Shown: positions 1-13,547, counted from the stretch's first letter. The stretch is 64,000 bases of DNA from an uncultured Verrucomicrobiae bacterium (GCA_963836755.1 CAWIKF010000002.1:1184001-1248000); one strand, 5' to 3'. Made by a program: numbers and translations. The notes: a model not told the origin generated them from the sequence alone.

Positions 1-474
1 AGATTCATCGAGCATTTTGATGCGCATCCCGAGCACGATTTGGTGGTCGGGAATCGCCAGCATGCATTGAGTCGGATCGAGAGACGGCAAACGCCTTTGC
101 GCGAGAAAATGGGGCAAATTTTCAATCGCGTCTTGCGCGCGGTTCTGCGGATCGAATGGCGGGACACGCAATGCGGTTTCAAAGCTTTTCGCGCAGAGGC
201 TTCGCGTGAAATTTTCGCGCGGCAAACTCTCGACGGTTTCGCTTTTGACGTCGAGGTGCTGCTGCTCGCGCAGGCGCTCGGCTACGGCATCGCAGATCTG
301 CCGGTGCGCTGGATCAATTCACCGGAAAGCCGCGTCAATATTTTCCGCGACAGCGCGCAGATGCTGTGGGATGTCGTGCACATCCGCTCGCGCGTGCGCC
401 GAAGCCTGCGTGCGCTTCCGCCGCCGCGCGCGGCACGCGGGGAAATTGCTGGCGCGTCTCGCGATGCCTGCTAG
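1..474 (+). CDS. Glycosyltransferase family 2 (dolichol-phosphate glucosyltransferase-like), 5' truncated by window
   Basis: Frame open from base 1; motifs DTQCGFKAF and GFAFDVEVL typical of DPM/DPG-synthase-like GT2. Confidence 0.85.
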   Translation, partial: RFIEHFDAHPEHDLVVGNRQHALSRIERRQTPLREKMGQIFNRVLRAVLRIEWRDTQCGFKAFRAEASREIFARQTLDGFAFDVEVLLLAQALGYGIADLPVRWINSPESRVNIFRDSAQMLWDVVHIRSRVRRSLRALPPPRAARGEIAGASRDAC

Positions 475-484
475 AACGGCGCGC

Positions 485-1459
485 ATGCGATTGCTTGTTA
501 CAGGCGGCTGCGGCTTTATCGGCAGCAATTTTATCCGCTACATTTTGCAGCATTACGCTCCGGCGTTTGTCTCGAATGTGGATGCGCTGACGTATGCGGG
601 AAATATCTCCAACGTCGCGGGGCTGAACGAAACCTACGGCGAGCGCTACGAATTTTTCCAGGCCGACATCGCGAATGCCGATCAAATCGATGCGCTGATG
701 AGCAAGCATCAGTTTTTCGGAGTCGTAAATTTCGCCGCCGAATCGCATGTCGATCGCAGCATTAATTCCCCGCAAAATTTTGTGCACACGAATGTCGTCG
801 GCACCAGCGTGCTGCTCGATTGCGCGCGCCGCCACAAGGTCCGTCGCTTCATGCAAATTTCCACGGATGAAGTTTACGGCTCGCTCGGGCCTGAGGGAAA
901 ATTCACCGAGGAGTCGCCCATCGCACCGAGTTCGCCTTATTCCGCGAGCAAGGCTGGCGCGGATTTGCTGGCGCTGGCGCATCACAAAACCTACGGCCTC
1001 GAGGTTGTGATCACGCGCTGCTCGAATAATTACGGACCGTATCAATTTCCGGAAAAATTGATCCCGCTCATGATCACGAACGCGCTGCGCGACCGCCCGC
1101 TGCCGGTTTACGGCGACGGCCTCAACGTCCGCGATTGGATCCACGTTGACGACCATTGCGCGGCGATCGTCGCGGTGCTGCTCGATGGAAAACCGGGCGA
1201 GGTTTACAACGTCGGCGCTGAAGCCGAGATGCGAAACATCGATCTGGTGAACATGATCCTCGCGGATCTCGGCAAGCCAAAGGATTTGATCCGCTTCGTC
1301 GAGGATCGGCTCGGGCACGACCGGCGCTACGCGATCGACAATTCCAAAATCAACGCGGAGCTAGGCTGGAAGCCGCTTCGCAGGCCGGAGCAGGGAATCG
1401 CGGACACGATCCGCTGGTATCTCGACAATCGGGCGTGGTGGGAAAAATTGGTCAGTTGA
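485..1459 (+). CDS. rfbB: dTDP-glucose 4,6-dehydratase
   Basis: LLVTGGCGFIGSNF, NFAAESHVDRS, STDEVYG, YSASK, RLGHDRRYA; start taken at ATG 485. Confidence 0.95.
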   Translation: MRLLVTGGCGFIGSNFIRYILQHYAPAFVSNVDALTYAGNISNVAGLNETYGERYEFFQADIANADQIDALMSKHQFFGVVNFAAESHVDRSINSPQNFVHTNVVGTSVLLDCARRHKVRRFMQISTDEVYGSLGPEGKFTEESPIAPSSPYSASKAGADLLALAHHKTYGLEVVITRCSNNYGPYQFPEKLIPLMITNALRDRPLPVYGDGLNVRDWIHVDDHCAAIVAVLLDGKPGEVYNVGAEAEMRNIDLVNMILADLGKPKDLIRFVEDRLGHDRRYAIDNSKINAELGWKPLRRPEQGIADTIRWYLDNRAWWEKLVS

Positions 1460-2331
1460 AAATTGCCCTCATCGGCAGTCGCGGCCGGCTCGGATCGGCG
1501 CTCGCGAAAGCTTATGGCGAGGAGCACACGATCGTCGGTTTCAGCCACGCGGAACTCGATCTCGGCGCGCCCGATTTTGCCGCGAAACTCGAGCCGCTTT
1601 CATTCGATGTGCTCATCAACTGCGCGGCGCTCACGAACGTTGACCATTGTGAAAGACATCGCGAAGAGGCGCTGCGCATCAATGCCAGCGCGGTGGGCGA
1701 GCTGGCGGAAATTTGCGCGCGGAAAAAAGTTCGCTGCATTCACATCAGCACCGACTACGTGTTCGATGGCGAAAAGTCCGCGCCGTATCGCGAGGAGGAT
1801 GAGGCGCGGCCGATCAGCGTTTACGGCGAATCGAAGCGGCGGGGCGAGATCGAGCTGCTGCGCGTTTCGCCTGAAAATCTCGCGGTGCGCGTCGCATGGG
1901 TTTTCGGTCCGGATCGGCCGAGTTTTATCGACGGCGTCTTGAAACGGGCGCTCGAATCGGAAAAAGTTGACGCGATCGCCGACAAGATTTCCGCACCGAC
2001 TTTCACGCACGATTTTGCAAAATGGCTGCGACCTTTTTTGCGCGAAAATCCTTTTGCCGGTTTGCTGCACGCGTGCAACGCGGGCGAATGTTCCTGGCAG
2101 CAATACGGTCAACATGCAATTGACTGCGCCGTCGCAGCGGGCCTGCCGGTGCGCGGTCGGACCGTTGGCGCTCTCAAAATGGCGGACATGGAAAACTTTG
2201 TCGCCAAACGACCTGTTTACACGGTGCTGGACACTGGAAAACTGGCCGAGCTCGGCGGGGTCGCACCGCGGAGCTGGCGCGATGCGGTTGAAGATTACGT
2301 CGCGAATTATTTCGCGCCGTCGCAGCGCTAA
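1456..2331 (+). CDS. rfbD: dTDP-4-dehydrorhamnose reductase
   Basis: GSRGRLG, HISTDYVFDG, YGESK motifs; TTG start overlaps rfbB stop. Confidence 0.92.
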   Translation: MKIALIGSRGRLGSALAKAYGEEHTIVGFSHAELDLGAPDFAAKLEPLSFDVLINCAALTNVDHCERHREEALRINASAVGELAEICARKKVRCIHISTDYVFDGEKSAPYREEDEARPISVYGESKRRGEIELLRVSPENLAVRVAWVFGPDRPSFIDGVLKRALESEKVDAIADKISAPTFTHDFAKWLRPFLRENPFAGLLHACNAGECSWQQYGQHAIDCAVAAGLPVRGRTVGALKMADMENFVAKRPVYTVLDTGKLAELGGVAPRSWRDAVEDYVANYFAPSQR

Positions 2332-2375
2332 AGCGGATTGGCAAGCGGGCGCGAGTTGTTCAAATTGCTCTGCTG

Positions 2376-3545
2376 ATGCCGATCGTCGCAAGCTATTGCA
2401 CGACTTTTCTCAAGCCGGAAATGCTGCACATTTACCGGCAGGTCACCGGCTTGCAGCGCTACGAAACTTTCATCGTGGCGAAGGAGCGGACCGAGCTGGA
2501 GCGCTTTCCTTTCGACGACGTCGAGATGATGCCGCGCAAGCCGCGCAAGAATTTCATCCGCCGTTTTTGGCTGAAGCATGTGCGCAAAAAACCGGCGCTT
2601 TATTACCGCGGCGAATTCCAGGGAATGATGAAAATTTTCCGGCGGCGGCATGCGGACTTGATGCACATTTATTTCGGCCACACCGGCGTGCATTTGCTCC
2701 CATTTATCAAAGGCTGGGAAATGCCGTGCGTGGTTTCGTTTCATGGGATGGACGTGCAGACGCGCGCGGAAATTCCTGAGTATGAAGGGCAATTGCGCGA
2801 GCTGCTGCGCGTGACGCCGCTGGTGCTCGCGCGCTCATTTTCGCTGCGCGACCGGCTGCTCGCACTCGGCTGTCCGCCGGAAAAAATCCGTATCAACCGC
2901 ACTGGCATTCCGCTCGAGCAATTCCCCCCGAATGCCCGTGCGATGCCGGCTGACGGCGCATGGCATTTCGTGCAGGCGTGTCGTTTGATTCCGAAAAAAG
3001 GTTTGCGCACCGCGCTGGCGGCGTTCGCAAAATTTCGCGAAAAATATCCGCACGCGCGTTTCACGGTTGCCGGCGAAGGGCCGATGCGGCGCGAGATCGA
3101 ACAGCTCGCGGCGGAGCTCGGCGTGCGCGAAGCGGTGACGCTGCGCGGATTTTTGGCGCAGGAGGAATTGCGCGAACTTTACGCACAGTCGCACTTTTTC
3201 CTGCATCCGAGCGAGCTGACCGCCGATCAAAATCAAGAGGGAATTCCGAACTCGATGCTCGAGGCGATGTCGACGGGATTGCCGGTGCTCGCGACTTTGC
3301 ACGGAGGAATTCCGGAGGCTGTGGAAAATGGAAAAACGGGAATTCTCGTGCCGGAGCGCGACGCGGCGGGGCTGCTGCATGCGATGCTGGAGCTCGCGGA
3401 AAATCCCGTGCGCGCGCTGGCGATGGGTGCGGCTGCGAGCGCGTCCGTCGCCGCAGAATTCGCGCATCGGCGTCAGGTGGAGAAGCTGGAAAATTATTAC
3501 GACGAAGCGCGGCAAATCGGAAAACTTCCGGACGACGAAGTCTGA
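2376..3545 (+). CDS. Glycosyltransferase family 4 (GT-B)
   Basis: RLIPKKG and EGIPNSMLEAMSTGLPV (EX7E) motifs. Confidence 0.9.
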   Translation: MPIVASYCTTFLKPEMLHIYRQVTGLQRYETFIVAKERTELERFPFDDVEMMPRKPRKNFIRRFWLKHVRKKPALYYRGEFQGMMKIFRRRHADLMHIYFGHTGVHLLPFIKGWEMPCVVSFHGMDVQTRAEIPEYEGQLRELLRVTPLVLARSFSLRDRLLALGCPPEKIRINRTGIPLEQFPPNARAMPADGAWHFVQACRLIPKKGLRTALAAFAKFREKYPHARFTVAGEGPMRREIEQLAAELGVREAVTLRGFLAQEELRELYAQSHFFLHPSELTADQNQEGIPNSMLEAMSTGLPVLATLHGGIPEAVENGKTGILVPERDAAGLLHAMLELAENPVRALAMGAAASASVAAEFAHRRQVEKLENYYDEARQIGKLPDDEV

Positions 3546-3567
3546 TATTTTCAGGCGACGGAAAAGT

Positions 3568-3585
3568 TTGTGAAAAATTTCACAA
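3568..3585. promoter_or_regulatory. Rex operator-like palindrome upstream of atp operon
   Basis: TTGTGAA-AAAT-TTCACAA matches the Rex consensus TTGTGAA-N4-TTCACAA; TTGTCA (-35-like) follows at 3592. Confidence 0.75.
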
Positions 3586-3700
3586 AAGGACTTGTCAAAC
3601 TTTTCCTTGTGCTGTTTCATTCCGCCGCTCAGCATTTTTCGGTTCGCGCCAACCTCGGGGTTGGAGCAGATGGAAAAGCTTAGAACCCCAAACTTCGGTG

Positions 3701-4636
3701 ATGATTACTTTTACCCGATTCCGCTCTCTCGCGATGCCGCTCTTGGTCGGGGCCGCATTGCTTGCGGTGCCTGCGCTCGCTTCCGCTGCCGAGCAAGCCG
3801 CCGAAGCGGAGCATGCCATGCCGCTGAACGCCGTGCGGCTGGTGAGCTTCGGTCGTTTTGCGATCACCAATTCCATGGTCGTGACTTGGATCGTGGCGCT
3901 CGGCATCATCATTTTCGCACAGATCGCGACGCGGAATATCAAAGACGTTCCGGAAGGGATGCAAAACTTTTGGGAGTGGCTCGTGGAGAGTCTTTATAAA
4001 TTTCTCGAGGGCGTCATCGGACATCATCTGGTGCGCAAAACGTTTTGGTTTTTCGCGACGATTTTTATTTTCATCCTGTTTTCAAATTGGGTCGGCCTCA
4101 TCCCGGGTGTCGGCACAGTCGGATGGGGTGACGGTGAAGGTTTCCTCACCGTTTCGCACATCACCGAACCGCTGTTTCGCGGCGTGAATGCCGACCTGAA
4201 CATGACGTTCGCGATGTCGACCATCTTCTTCGCGTGTTGGATTGTCTGGGCGATTCAGGAAAATGGCCCCGGCGGATTCATCATGCATATTTTCGGGCCC
4301 AAAGGCGAGACTACTGGCTTGCTAAAGGTGCTCATGGTGATCGTCTTCCTGGTCGTCGGCTTGCTGGAAGTCGTCTCGATTTTATTCCGCCCCGTCTCGC
4401 TGAGTTTCCGACTTTTCGGCAACATTTACGCCGGCGAAAACATGCTCGAGGCGATGTCGACGCTGATCAAACATCCCGCGTGGCTGCGCGCGGTTGCTTC
4501 GTCGCTGATTCCGGTGCCGTTCTATTTCATGGAGCTGCTGGTCGGCATCGTGCAGGCGCTGGTTTTCATGCTTTTAACGGCGGTGTTCACGCTCCTGATT
4601 TGTCAGCACGAAGAAAAAGGACACGGACATCACTGA
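3701..4636 (+). CDS. atpB: F0 ATP synthase subunit a
   Basis: RPVSLSFRLFGNIYAGE and QALVFMLL motifs; start at ATG 3701 or 3734. Confidence 0.95.
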   Translation: MITFTRFRSLAMPLLVGAALLAVPALASAAEQAAEAEHAMPLNAVRLVSFGRFAITNSMVVTWIVALGIIIFAQIATRNIKDVPEGMQNFWEWLVESLYKFLEGVIGHHLVRKTFWFFATIFIFILFSNWVGLIPGVGTVGWGDGEGFLTVSHITEPLFRGVNADLNMTFAMSTIFFACWIVWAIQENGPGGFIMHIFGPKGETTGLLKVLMVIVFLVVGLLEVVSILFRPVSLSFRLFGNIYAGENMLEAMSTLIKHPAWLRAVASSLIPVPFYFMELLVGIVQALVFMLLTAVFTLLICQHEEKGHGHH

Positions 4637-4716
4637 GAAAAAAATTTCGTCGGCTGGATCGTGCGAAGTCAGCGACAGCCGGCGGATCAACAACAATAAC
4701 AAAACAAATATAAATT

Positions 4717-4926
4717 ATGGCACCACTACTCGCAGAAATGGGCGGTAACATTCACATCGGTCTCGCGGCGCTCGGCGCAGCACTCGGCGTGGGTCTTATC
4801 GGCATGAAGGCGTCCGAAGCGGTGGGTCGCAACCCGGGAGCGGCCACGCCGATTCTCGTGCAAGCGATTCTCTCGACGGCGTTCGCGGAAGGCATTGTCT
4901 TCTTCGCGATTTACCTCGCGAAATAA
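4717..4926 (+). CDS. atpE: F0 ATP synthase subunit c
   Basis: Two hydrophobic helices, RNP loop, conserved Glu (FAEG). Confidence 0.95.
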   Translation: MAPLLAEMGGNIHIGLAALGAALGVGLIGMKASEAVGRNPGAATPILVQAILSTAFAEGIVFFAIYLAK

Positions 4927-4931
4927 ATTGC

Positions 4932-4968
4932 AAGCGCGGGGCTGTTTCTAAAAAGCGGCTCCGCGCTT
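4932..4968 (+). other. Intergenic stem-loop after atpE
   Basis: AAGCGCGGGGCTGTTT pairs with AAAGCGGCTCCGCGCTT; only a short U tail. Confidence 0.6.
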
Positions 4969-4985
4969 TCCTGCCAAACTTTGAT

Positions 4986-5537
4986 ATGAATTCGATTCTC
5001 TTTTTCGCCCAGGCCGGCGGCGGCATGCTCGATTCCGCCAAGGAAACCATGCACACGTTCGGCGTCGAATGGCCGCTGTTTCTCTCGCAGTGCATCAGCT
5101 TTGCGATCGTCGCGTTTTTGCTCCAAAAATTTGCCTACAAACCGATCGTCGACATCCTGGAGGAACGGCGCCGGCGCATAGAGGAAGGACTTGCGAATGC
5201 GGAAAAAATCAAGCGTCAGCTCGCGGAGTCCGAACAGCGCTATCGTGAAATTTTAGACAAAGCGAATGCCGATGCGCAGCGGATGATCGACGAAGCGCGT
5301 CAAAGTGCCGGCGCGGTCGCCGAGCGGCGCACGCAGCAGGCGATCGCCGAAGCGGAAGGAATCATCGCGAAGGCGCGTGAGGCGACATCGCTCGAGCACG
5401 ATCGGATGCTGGCGGAGTTGCGCCGCGAAGTCGGCAGGCTCGTGCTCGACACGACCTCAAAAGTCACCGGGAAAGTTTTAAACGAAGACGATCAGCGTCG
5501 CATTTCCGAGGAAACCGCGCGCCAGGTCGGCGCTTAA
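4986..5537 (+). CDS. atpF: F0 ATP synthase subunit b
   Basis: N-terminal TM helix, KPI..ILEERR, long charged coiled coil; operon position. Confidence 0.93.
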   Translation: MNSILFFAQAGGGMLDSAKETMHTFGVEWPLFLSQCISFAIVAFLLQKFAYKPIVDILEERRRRIEEGLANAEKIKRQLAESEQRYREILDKANADAQRMIDEARQSAGAVAERRTQQAIAEAEGIIAKAREATSLEHDRMLAELRREVGRLVLDTTSKVTGKVLNEDDQRRISEETARQVGA

Positions 5538-5546
5538 AAAATCGCG

Positions 5547-5948
5547 ATGAAGCTGTCCAAAGAAGTTCGCAGGATGACGAAGGAGTTGCTCCAGGCGAGC
5601 TTCACGGATGGACGTCTCGATGACAACAAAGTGCGCGGCATCGCGCAACAAATCATCGCTGCAAAGCCCCGGCATTACGTCGACCTTCTTAAAAATTACC
5701 AGCGCCTCATCCGGCTCGAGACTGAGAAGCATCACGCGATCATCGAAAGCGCGACCGAGCTGAATCCGGAGACGAGCGGCCGCGTGGTCGAGGACTTGAA
5801 AGCCAAATATGGCGGCGATTTGACGACCGATTTCAAAATCAATCCAGCTTTGATCGGCGGCCTGCGTATCCGCATCGGCAGCGACGTCTGGGACGGCAGC
5901 GTCCAAGGACGTCTGCAGCGCCTCGAACAGGAATTTACCGCCGTTTAA
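5547..5948 (+). CDS. atpH: F1 ATP synthase subunit delta (short form)
   Basis: INPALIGGLRIRIGSDVWDGSV C-terminal delta motif. Confidence 0.9.
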   Translation: MKLSKEVRRMTKELLQASFTDGRLDDNKVRGIAQQIIAAKPRHYVDLLKNYQRLIRLETEKHHAIIESATELNPETSGRVVEDLKAKYGGDLTTDFKINPALIGGLRIRIGSDVWDGSVQGRLQRLEQEFTAV

Positions 5949-5975
5949 TTTTTCCAAAACTTACCACCCACTGCC

Positions 5976-7502
<1,527 letters not shown>

Positions 7503-7532
7503 AGCAGCGTCGCTTTTTTAAAAGAAATTTAA

Positions 7533-9835
<2,303 letters not shown>

Positions 9836-9837
9836 CG

Positions 9838-10245
9838 ATGGCCACGCTGCGACTCGAGATTACTACGCCTGAGGCGAAAACGTTTTCGGACGATGTCGAC
9901 ATGGTCACCGTGCCGGGCGTCGAGGGCGAGCTCGGCATCTTGCCCAACCACATTCCGCTCCTCACGGCGATCAAGCCGGGCGAGTTGAAAGTGACGAAGA
10001 ACGGCCAAGACACTTATCTCGCGGTCGGCGAAGGCTTCGTTGAGGTCACGCAGGCAACGGTTTCTGTTCTGACTGACATGGCACTGGAGGAAGCGGCGAT
10101 CGATGAATCGTCCGCCCAGGAAGCTGTTCGTCGTGCCGAGGAAGCGATGAAGCATCCGAACATCGGACATGAGGAAGTCGCGGCCGTGCAGGCAACGATG
10201 CAAAAATCTTTGGCGCAGTTGCAGGTAAAGCGCCGCCGTCGTTAA
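9838..10245 (+). CDS. atpC: F1 ATP synthase subunit epsilon
   Basis: LEITTPE, GELGILPNHIP. Confidence 0.95.
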   Translation: MATLRLEITTPEAKTFSDDVDMVTVPGVEGELGILPNHIPLLTAIKPGELKVTKNGQDTYLAVGEGFVEVTQATVSVLTDMALEEAAIDESSAQEAVRRAEEAMKHPNIGHEEVAAVQATMQKSLAQLQVKRRRR

Positions 10246-10329
10246 CAAAAGTCAATTTCGTTGCCGCGAAATTCCGCTTGTTAAAGTTGCAGAGCAGTGG
10301 CAGTTTAGTCGGCTCTTTTCGAGAAAATT

Positions 10330-10629
10330 ATGGCTTACGCAATTATCAAAACCGGCGGAAAACAATATCGCGTCAGCGAAGGAGACGTGATCGAAGTTGA
10401 AAAACTCGACCTTGAAGCAGGCAGCGAGACCAAGCTGTCCGATGTCCTCTTTTTCTCGAAAGATGGCCAGAGCAAAGACGTTGCCGGTCTGGCCGTGACG
10501 GCCGAGGTCGTCGCGCAAAAGAAGGCGCCGAAAGTCATCGCTTACAAATATCGCCGCCGCAAAGGCTATCACAGGACGGTCGGCCATCGCCGGAAACTCA
10601 CGCAACTCAAAATCAAGAGCATCGCCTAG
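10330..10629 (+). CDS. rplU: 50S ribosomal protein L21
   Basis: YAIIKTGGKQYRV, GHRRKLT. Confidence 0.97.
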   Translation: MAYAIIKTGGKQYRVSEGDVIEVEKLDLEAGSETKLSDVLFFSKDGQSKDVAGLAVTAEVVAQKKAPKVIAYKYRRRKGYHRTVGHRRKLTQLKIKSIA

Positions 10630-10651
10630 CTCATCAAACTTCTAATTCTTT

Positions 10652-10912
10652 ATGGCTCATAAAAAAGGTCAGGGCAGCGTCAAAAACGGCCGCGACAGCG
10701 TCAGCAAACGCCTCGGCGTAAAAAAATTCGGCAGCCAATCGGTCGTCGCCGGAAACATCATCATCCGTCAGCGCGGCACGAAATTTTTGCCTGGTAAAAA
10801 CGTAGGTCTCGGTCGCGATTACACGATTTTCGCATTGGTGGACGGCCATGTTCGCTTTGATCGCGAAGGACGCCGGGTCAACGTTGATCCCGTTCTCGCT
10901 GCCGCGAGTTAG
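10652..10912 (+). CDS. rpmA: 50S ribosomal protein L27
   Basis: [16 protein letters not shown]. Confidence 0.98.
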   Translation: MAHKKGQGSVKNGRDSVSKRLGVKKFGSQSVVAGNIIIRQRGTKFLPGKNVGLGRDYTIFALVDGHVRFDREGRRVNVDPVLAAAS

Positions 10913-10931
10913 CGTAAAATTCTTTTCAAAT

Positions 10932-10970
10932 ATGCGCTTCGATTCGGATGAATTGAAGCGCATTTTTTTT
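10932..10970 (+). terminator. Intrinsic terminator after rplU-rpmA
   Basis: ATGCGCTTCGATTC-GGAT-GAATTGAAGCGCAT hairpin followed by a T run. Confidence 0.75.
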
Positions 10971-11012
10971 GGTGCGATGCGCAAAAAATGATCCGCCGCA
11001 CTCCCGCGACGA

Positions 11013-11474
11013 ATGTTTAATATTGTTCTCATCGAGCCCGAAATTCCCGCGAACACCGGCAACATCGGCCGCTCATGCCTTGCAACCGGCGCCCATCTGC
11101 ATCTCGTGAAGCCGCTCGGCTTTGTGATCGATGACCGGCAGCTCAAGCGCGCGGGGCTCGACTATTGGCAGGAAGTGCAAGTTTCCGTTTGGGAATCGAC
11201 CGATCTTTTTTTTGCGAATCCCAATTTGAAAAGGGAACGATGCTTTTTTCTCACGACCAAAAGCGATCGTCCTTATTTTGAAGCGCGCTTTGAGCGCGGC
11301 GATTGGCTGATTTTTGGGCGCGAGACCAAAGGACTGCCGGAGCCGCTGCTTGCGCGGCATCGCGAGCAAACTTTGACAATTCCGATGACGCAAAAAACCC
11401 GCAGCCTCAACCTCGCAGTCTCAGTCGGCGTGGTGCTTTTCGAGGCGATGCGTCAGGTGCGCGTCGGCGTTTAA
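11013..11474 (+). CDS. trmL: tRNA (cytidine/uridine-34 2'-O)-methyltransferase, SPOUT family
   Basis: EPEIPANTGNIGR, RAGLDYW, FGRETKGL, RSLNLA. Confidence 0.93.
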   Translation: MFNIVLIEPEIPANTGNIGRSCLATGAHLHLVKPLGFVIDDRQLKRAGLDYWQEVQVSVWESTDLFFANPNLKRERCFFLTTKSDRPYFEARFERGDWLIFGRETKGLPEPLLARHREQTLTIPMTQKTRSLNLAVSVGVVLFEAMRQVRVGV

Positions 11475-12811
11475 AACTGCGAAAGTGCGCGATTGATTCG
11501 CGCGAGGACCCGTGCGCGGCCGAGGATTTCGAGCAGGTGATAAAGGCTCGGCCCGGCGTTGCTGCCCGTGACCGCGAGCCGCGTCGGATGAACGAGCGCG
11601 CCAACTTTGACGCCGAGCGATGCGGCAGTTTGTTTCAAAGTTGATTCCAACGAAATGGCGTCAAAGTTTTCCAAAGCCGCAAACGCATCGCGGACGGCGA
11701 CGAGCCGCGGTTTGTTTTCCGCGATGAAATGTTTCGCGATGCCTTCGGGATTAAATTCAACTTCGTCGGTGAAGTAGAATCTGCAGTAAGCGGGAAGCTC
11801 GCTGAAGATTTTGAACTTTCCTTCGCATGTTTCGAGCGCGGCACGGACGTAATCATCAGGAAAATTTGCGACGTCGATGCCGGCGCGTTCCAACGCTTCG
11901 CGCGCGAGCTTTTGAAAACGGTCGCCGTGAATTTCGCGGACATATTCGCCGTTGAGCCAGGTGCATTTATCGAGATCGAACGAAGCGTTTTTGCGATGAA
12001 TTTTCTCCAGTTCAAAAAGCCGGATCACTTCCTCGATGTCGATTTTTTCGCGATTATCCTTCGGTGACCAGCCGAGGAGACAAAGATAATTTCGCACCGC
12101 TTCCGGGAGATAGCCGCCGTCGATGTAAGTGGCGATGCTCGCGCCGCGGTCGCGCTTGCTCATTTTCGAGCCGTCGGGATTCAGGATCAGCGGGATGTGC
12201 GCGAAGTTTGGCGGCTGTTCGCCCAGCGCGCGATAAAGTTCGATGTGTCGTGCCGTATTTGAGAGGTGATCCTCGCCGCGGATGACGTGGCTGATGCGCA
12301 TCTCGATGTCATCGACGACGTTGACGAAATGGAAAATCCAGCCGCCGTCGGCTCGACGAATGGTCGGATCGGCCTCGAGATCGCCTCCGCGGTTTTGCGA
12401 TTTGCTGCGATCGACCGCGATGCGGCCGCAAACGAGATCGTCGAACTCGAGCGGCTGGCGCGGCAAACGAAAACGGAGCGAGCCGGTTTCATCCGCGTAG
12501 GCGTGATCGGCGCCGAGCAACTTTTCGGCGTAGCGTTGATAGATGGCTTCGCGCTCGCTCTGAAAATAGGGGCCGTGCTCGCCACCGAGCTGCGGACCTT
12601 CATCCCAATCGAGGCCGAGCCATTGCAGACCGTCATAAATGGCCTGTGTCGCCCCGGCGGTGTTTCGCGCGCGATCGGTATCCTCGATGCGGAGGATAAA
12701 TTTTCCGCCGGTGTGCCGCGCGTAAAGCCAGTTGAAAAGTGCGGTGCGCGCGCCGCCGATGTGAAGATAACCGGTGGGCGAGGGGGCAAAACGGACGCGG
12801 ACGCTTGGCAT
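11471..12811 (-). CDS. gltX: Glutamate--tRNA ligase
   Basis: RFAPSPTGYLHIGG (HIGH) and KMSKR motifs, anticodon-binding C-terminus. Confidence 0.95.
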   Translation of the reverse strand: MPSVRVRFAPSPTGYLHIGGARTALFNWLYARHTGGKFILRIEDTDRARNTAGATQAIYDGLQWLGLDWDEGPQLGGEHGPYFQSEREAIYQRYAEKLLGADHAYADETGSLRFRLPRQPLEFDDLVCGRIAVDRSKSQNRGGDLEADPTIRRADGGWIFHFVNVVDDIEMRISHVIRGEDHLSNTARHIELYRALGEQPPNFAHIPLILNPDGSKMSKRDRGASIATYIDGGYLPEAVRNYLCLLGWSPKDNREKIDIEEVIRLFELEKIHRKNASFDLDKCTWLNGEYVREIHGDRFQKLAREALERAGIDVANFPDDYVRAALETCEGKFKIFSELPAYCRFYFTDEVEFNPEGIAKHFIAENKPRLVAVRDAFAALENFDAISLESTLKQTAASLGVKVGALVHPTRLAVTGSNAGPSLYHLLEILGRARVLARINRALSQF

Positions 12812-12884
12812 GGGAGGCAAATGGATTCGCGAACGCGCAGCGCGTCAATGACGGAAACGCGGACGGAGCGCTCGTTTGGTGGCG

Positions 12885-13547
12885 TCAAAATTTTTGCAGC
12901 CAGCCGGCGCTGGCATATTTCGATTTGGCGAGAAGCTGTGCGGCGTTTTCGGTTCTAAAATTTCGGTGCGAAACTTTCGCGCCAAGAGAATCTGCGAGCT
13001 GCGCGGCAAAGTTTTTCGGGCGCTCGACGTTTTGCACGCTTCCCTGATGCAGCAAGCCGTGGCGAGTCCGGCGCTGGGCCGCACCTGCGACTTTGCGATT
13101 GTTCAACAAGATGTCGTAACAGACGGAATTTTCGAAACATGCCGACGATTTTTTTTCGTCGGCGGCGGAGGCGAGCGTTGCGGGCTGGCCGCTGTCGCGG
13201 AGCAGTTTGGCGATTTGCTGATGAATGGCGCGGTAGGTTGCGTTTGCATCGGACTTTGTGAATGCGCAGCGTGCGGGAACGATGAGCGAATAGGTGAGAT
13301 CGCTGCCGTGCGGCACGATTCCGCCGCCGGTCCATCGGCGGACGAGATCGGTGCTCGGATGATTTTTGCGCACCAGTTCCCACTTTTCGAAGTAACCGAA
13401 CGAGACTGCTGCATTTTCCCAACGGTAAACACGCAGCAACGGTTGTGTGACGTCCGACAGCAGCACTTCGTCGATGGCCATGTTCAGCGCTGCGGCATGC
13501 GGCTGCGCGTCATCAAAAAAGTCAAGCTGTGCGAAAAGCGGCTGCAC
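12885..13547 (-). CDS. Lipoate-protein ligase / octanoyltransferase family protein
   Basis: NMAIDE, VRRWTGGGIVPH, KVAGAAQRR..GLLHQGS; GTG start inferred. Confidence 0.85.
   Translation of the reverse strand: MQPLFAQLDFFDDAQPHAAALNMAIDEVLLSDVTQPLLRVYRWENAAVSFGYFEKWELVRKNHPSTDLVRRWTGGGIVPHGSDLTYSLIVPARCAFTKSDANATYRAIHQQIAKLLRDSGQPATLASAADEKKSSACFENSVCYDILLNNRKVAGAAQRRTRHGLLHQGSVQNVERPKNFAAQLADSLGAKVSHRNFRTENAAQLLAKSKYASAGWLQKF

Noticed and set aside
2960..3700. Long N-terminal extension of the atpB ORF (558 aa)
   Set aside because: Overlaps the GT4 gene in another frame and the regulatory region; GC-rich open-frame artefact
4717..4926. Na+-coupled or N-type ATPase
   Set aside because: Subunit c lacks the Gln and E-S/T sodium ligands (reads AEGI) and gene order is the standard F-type
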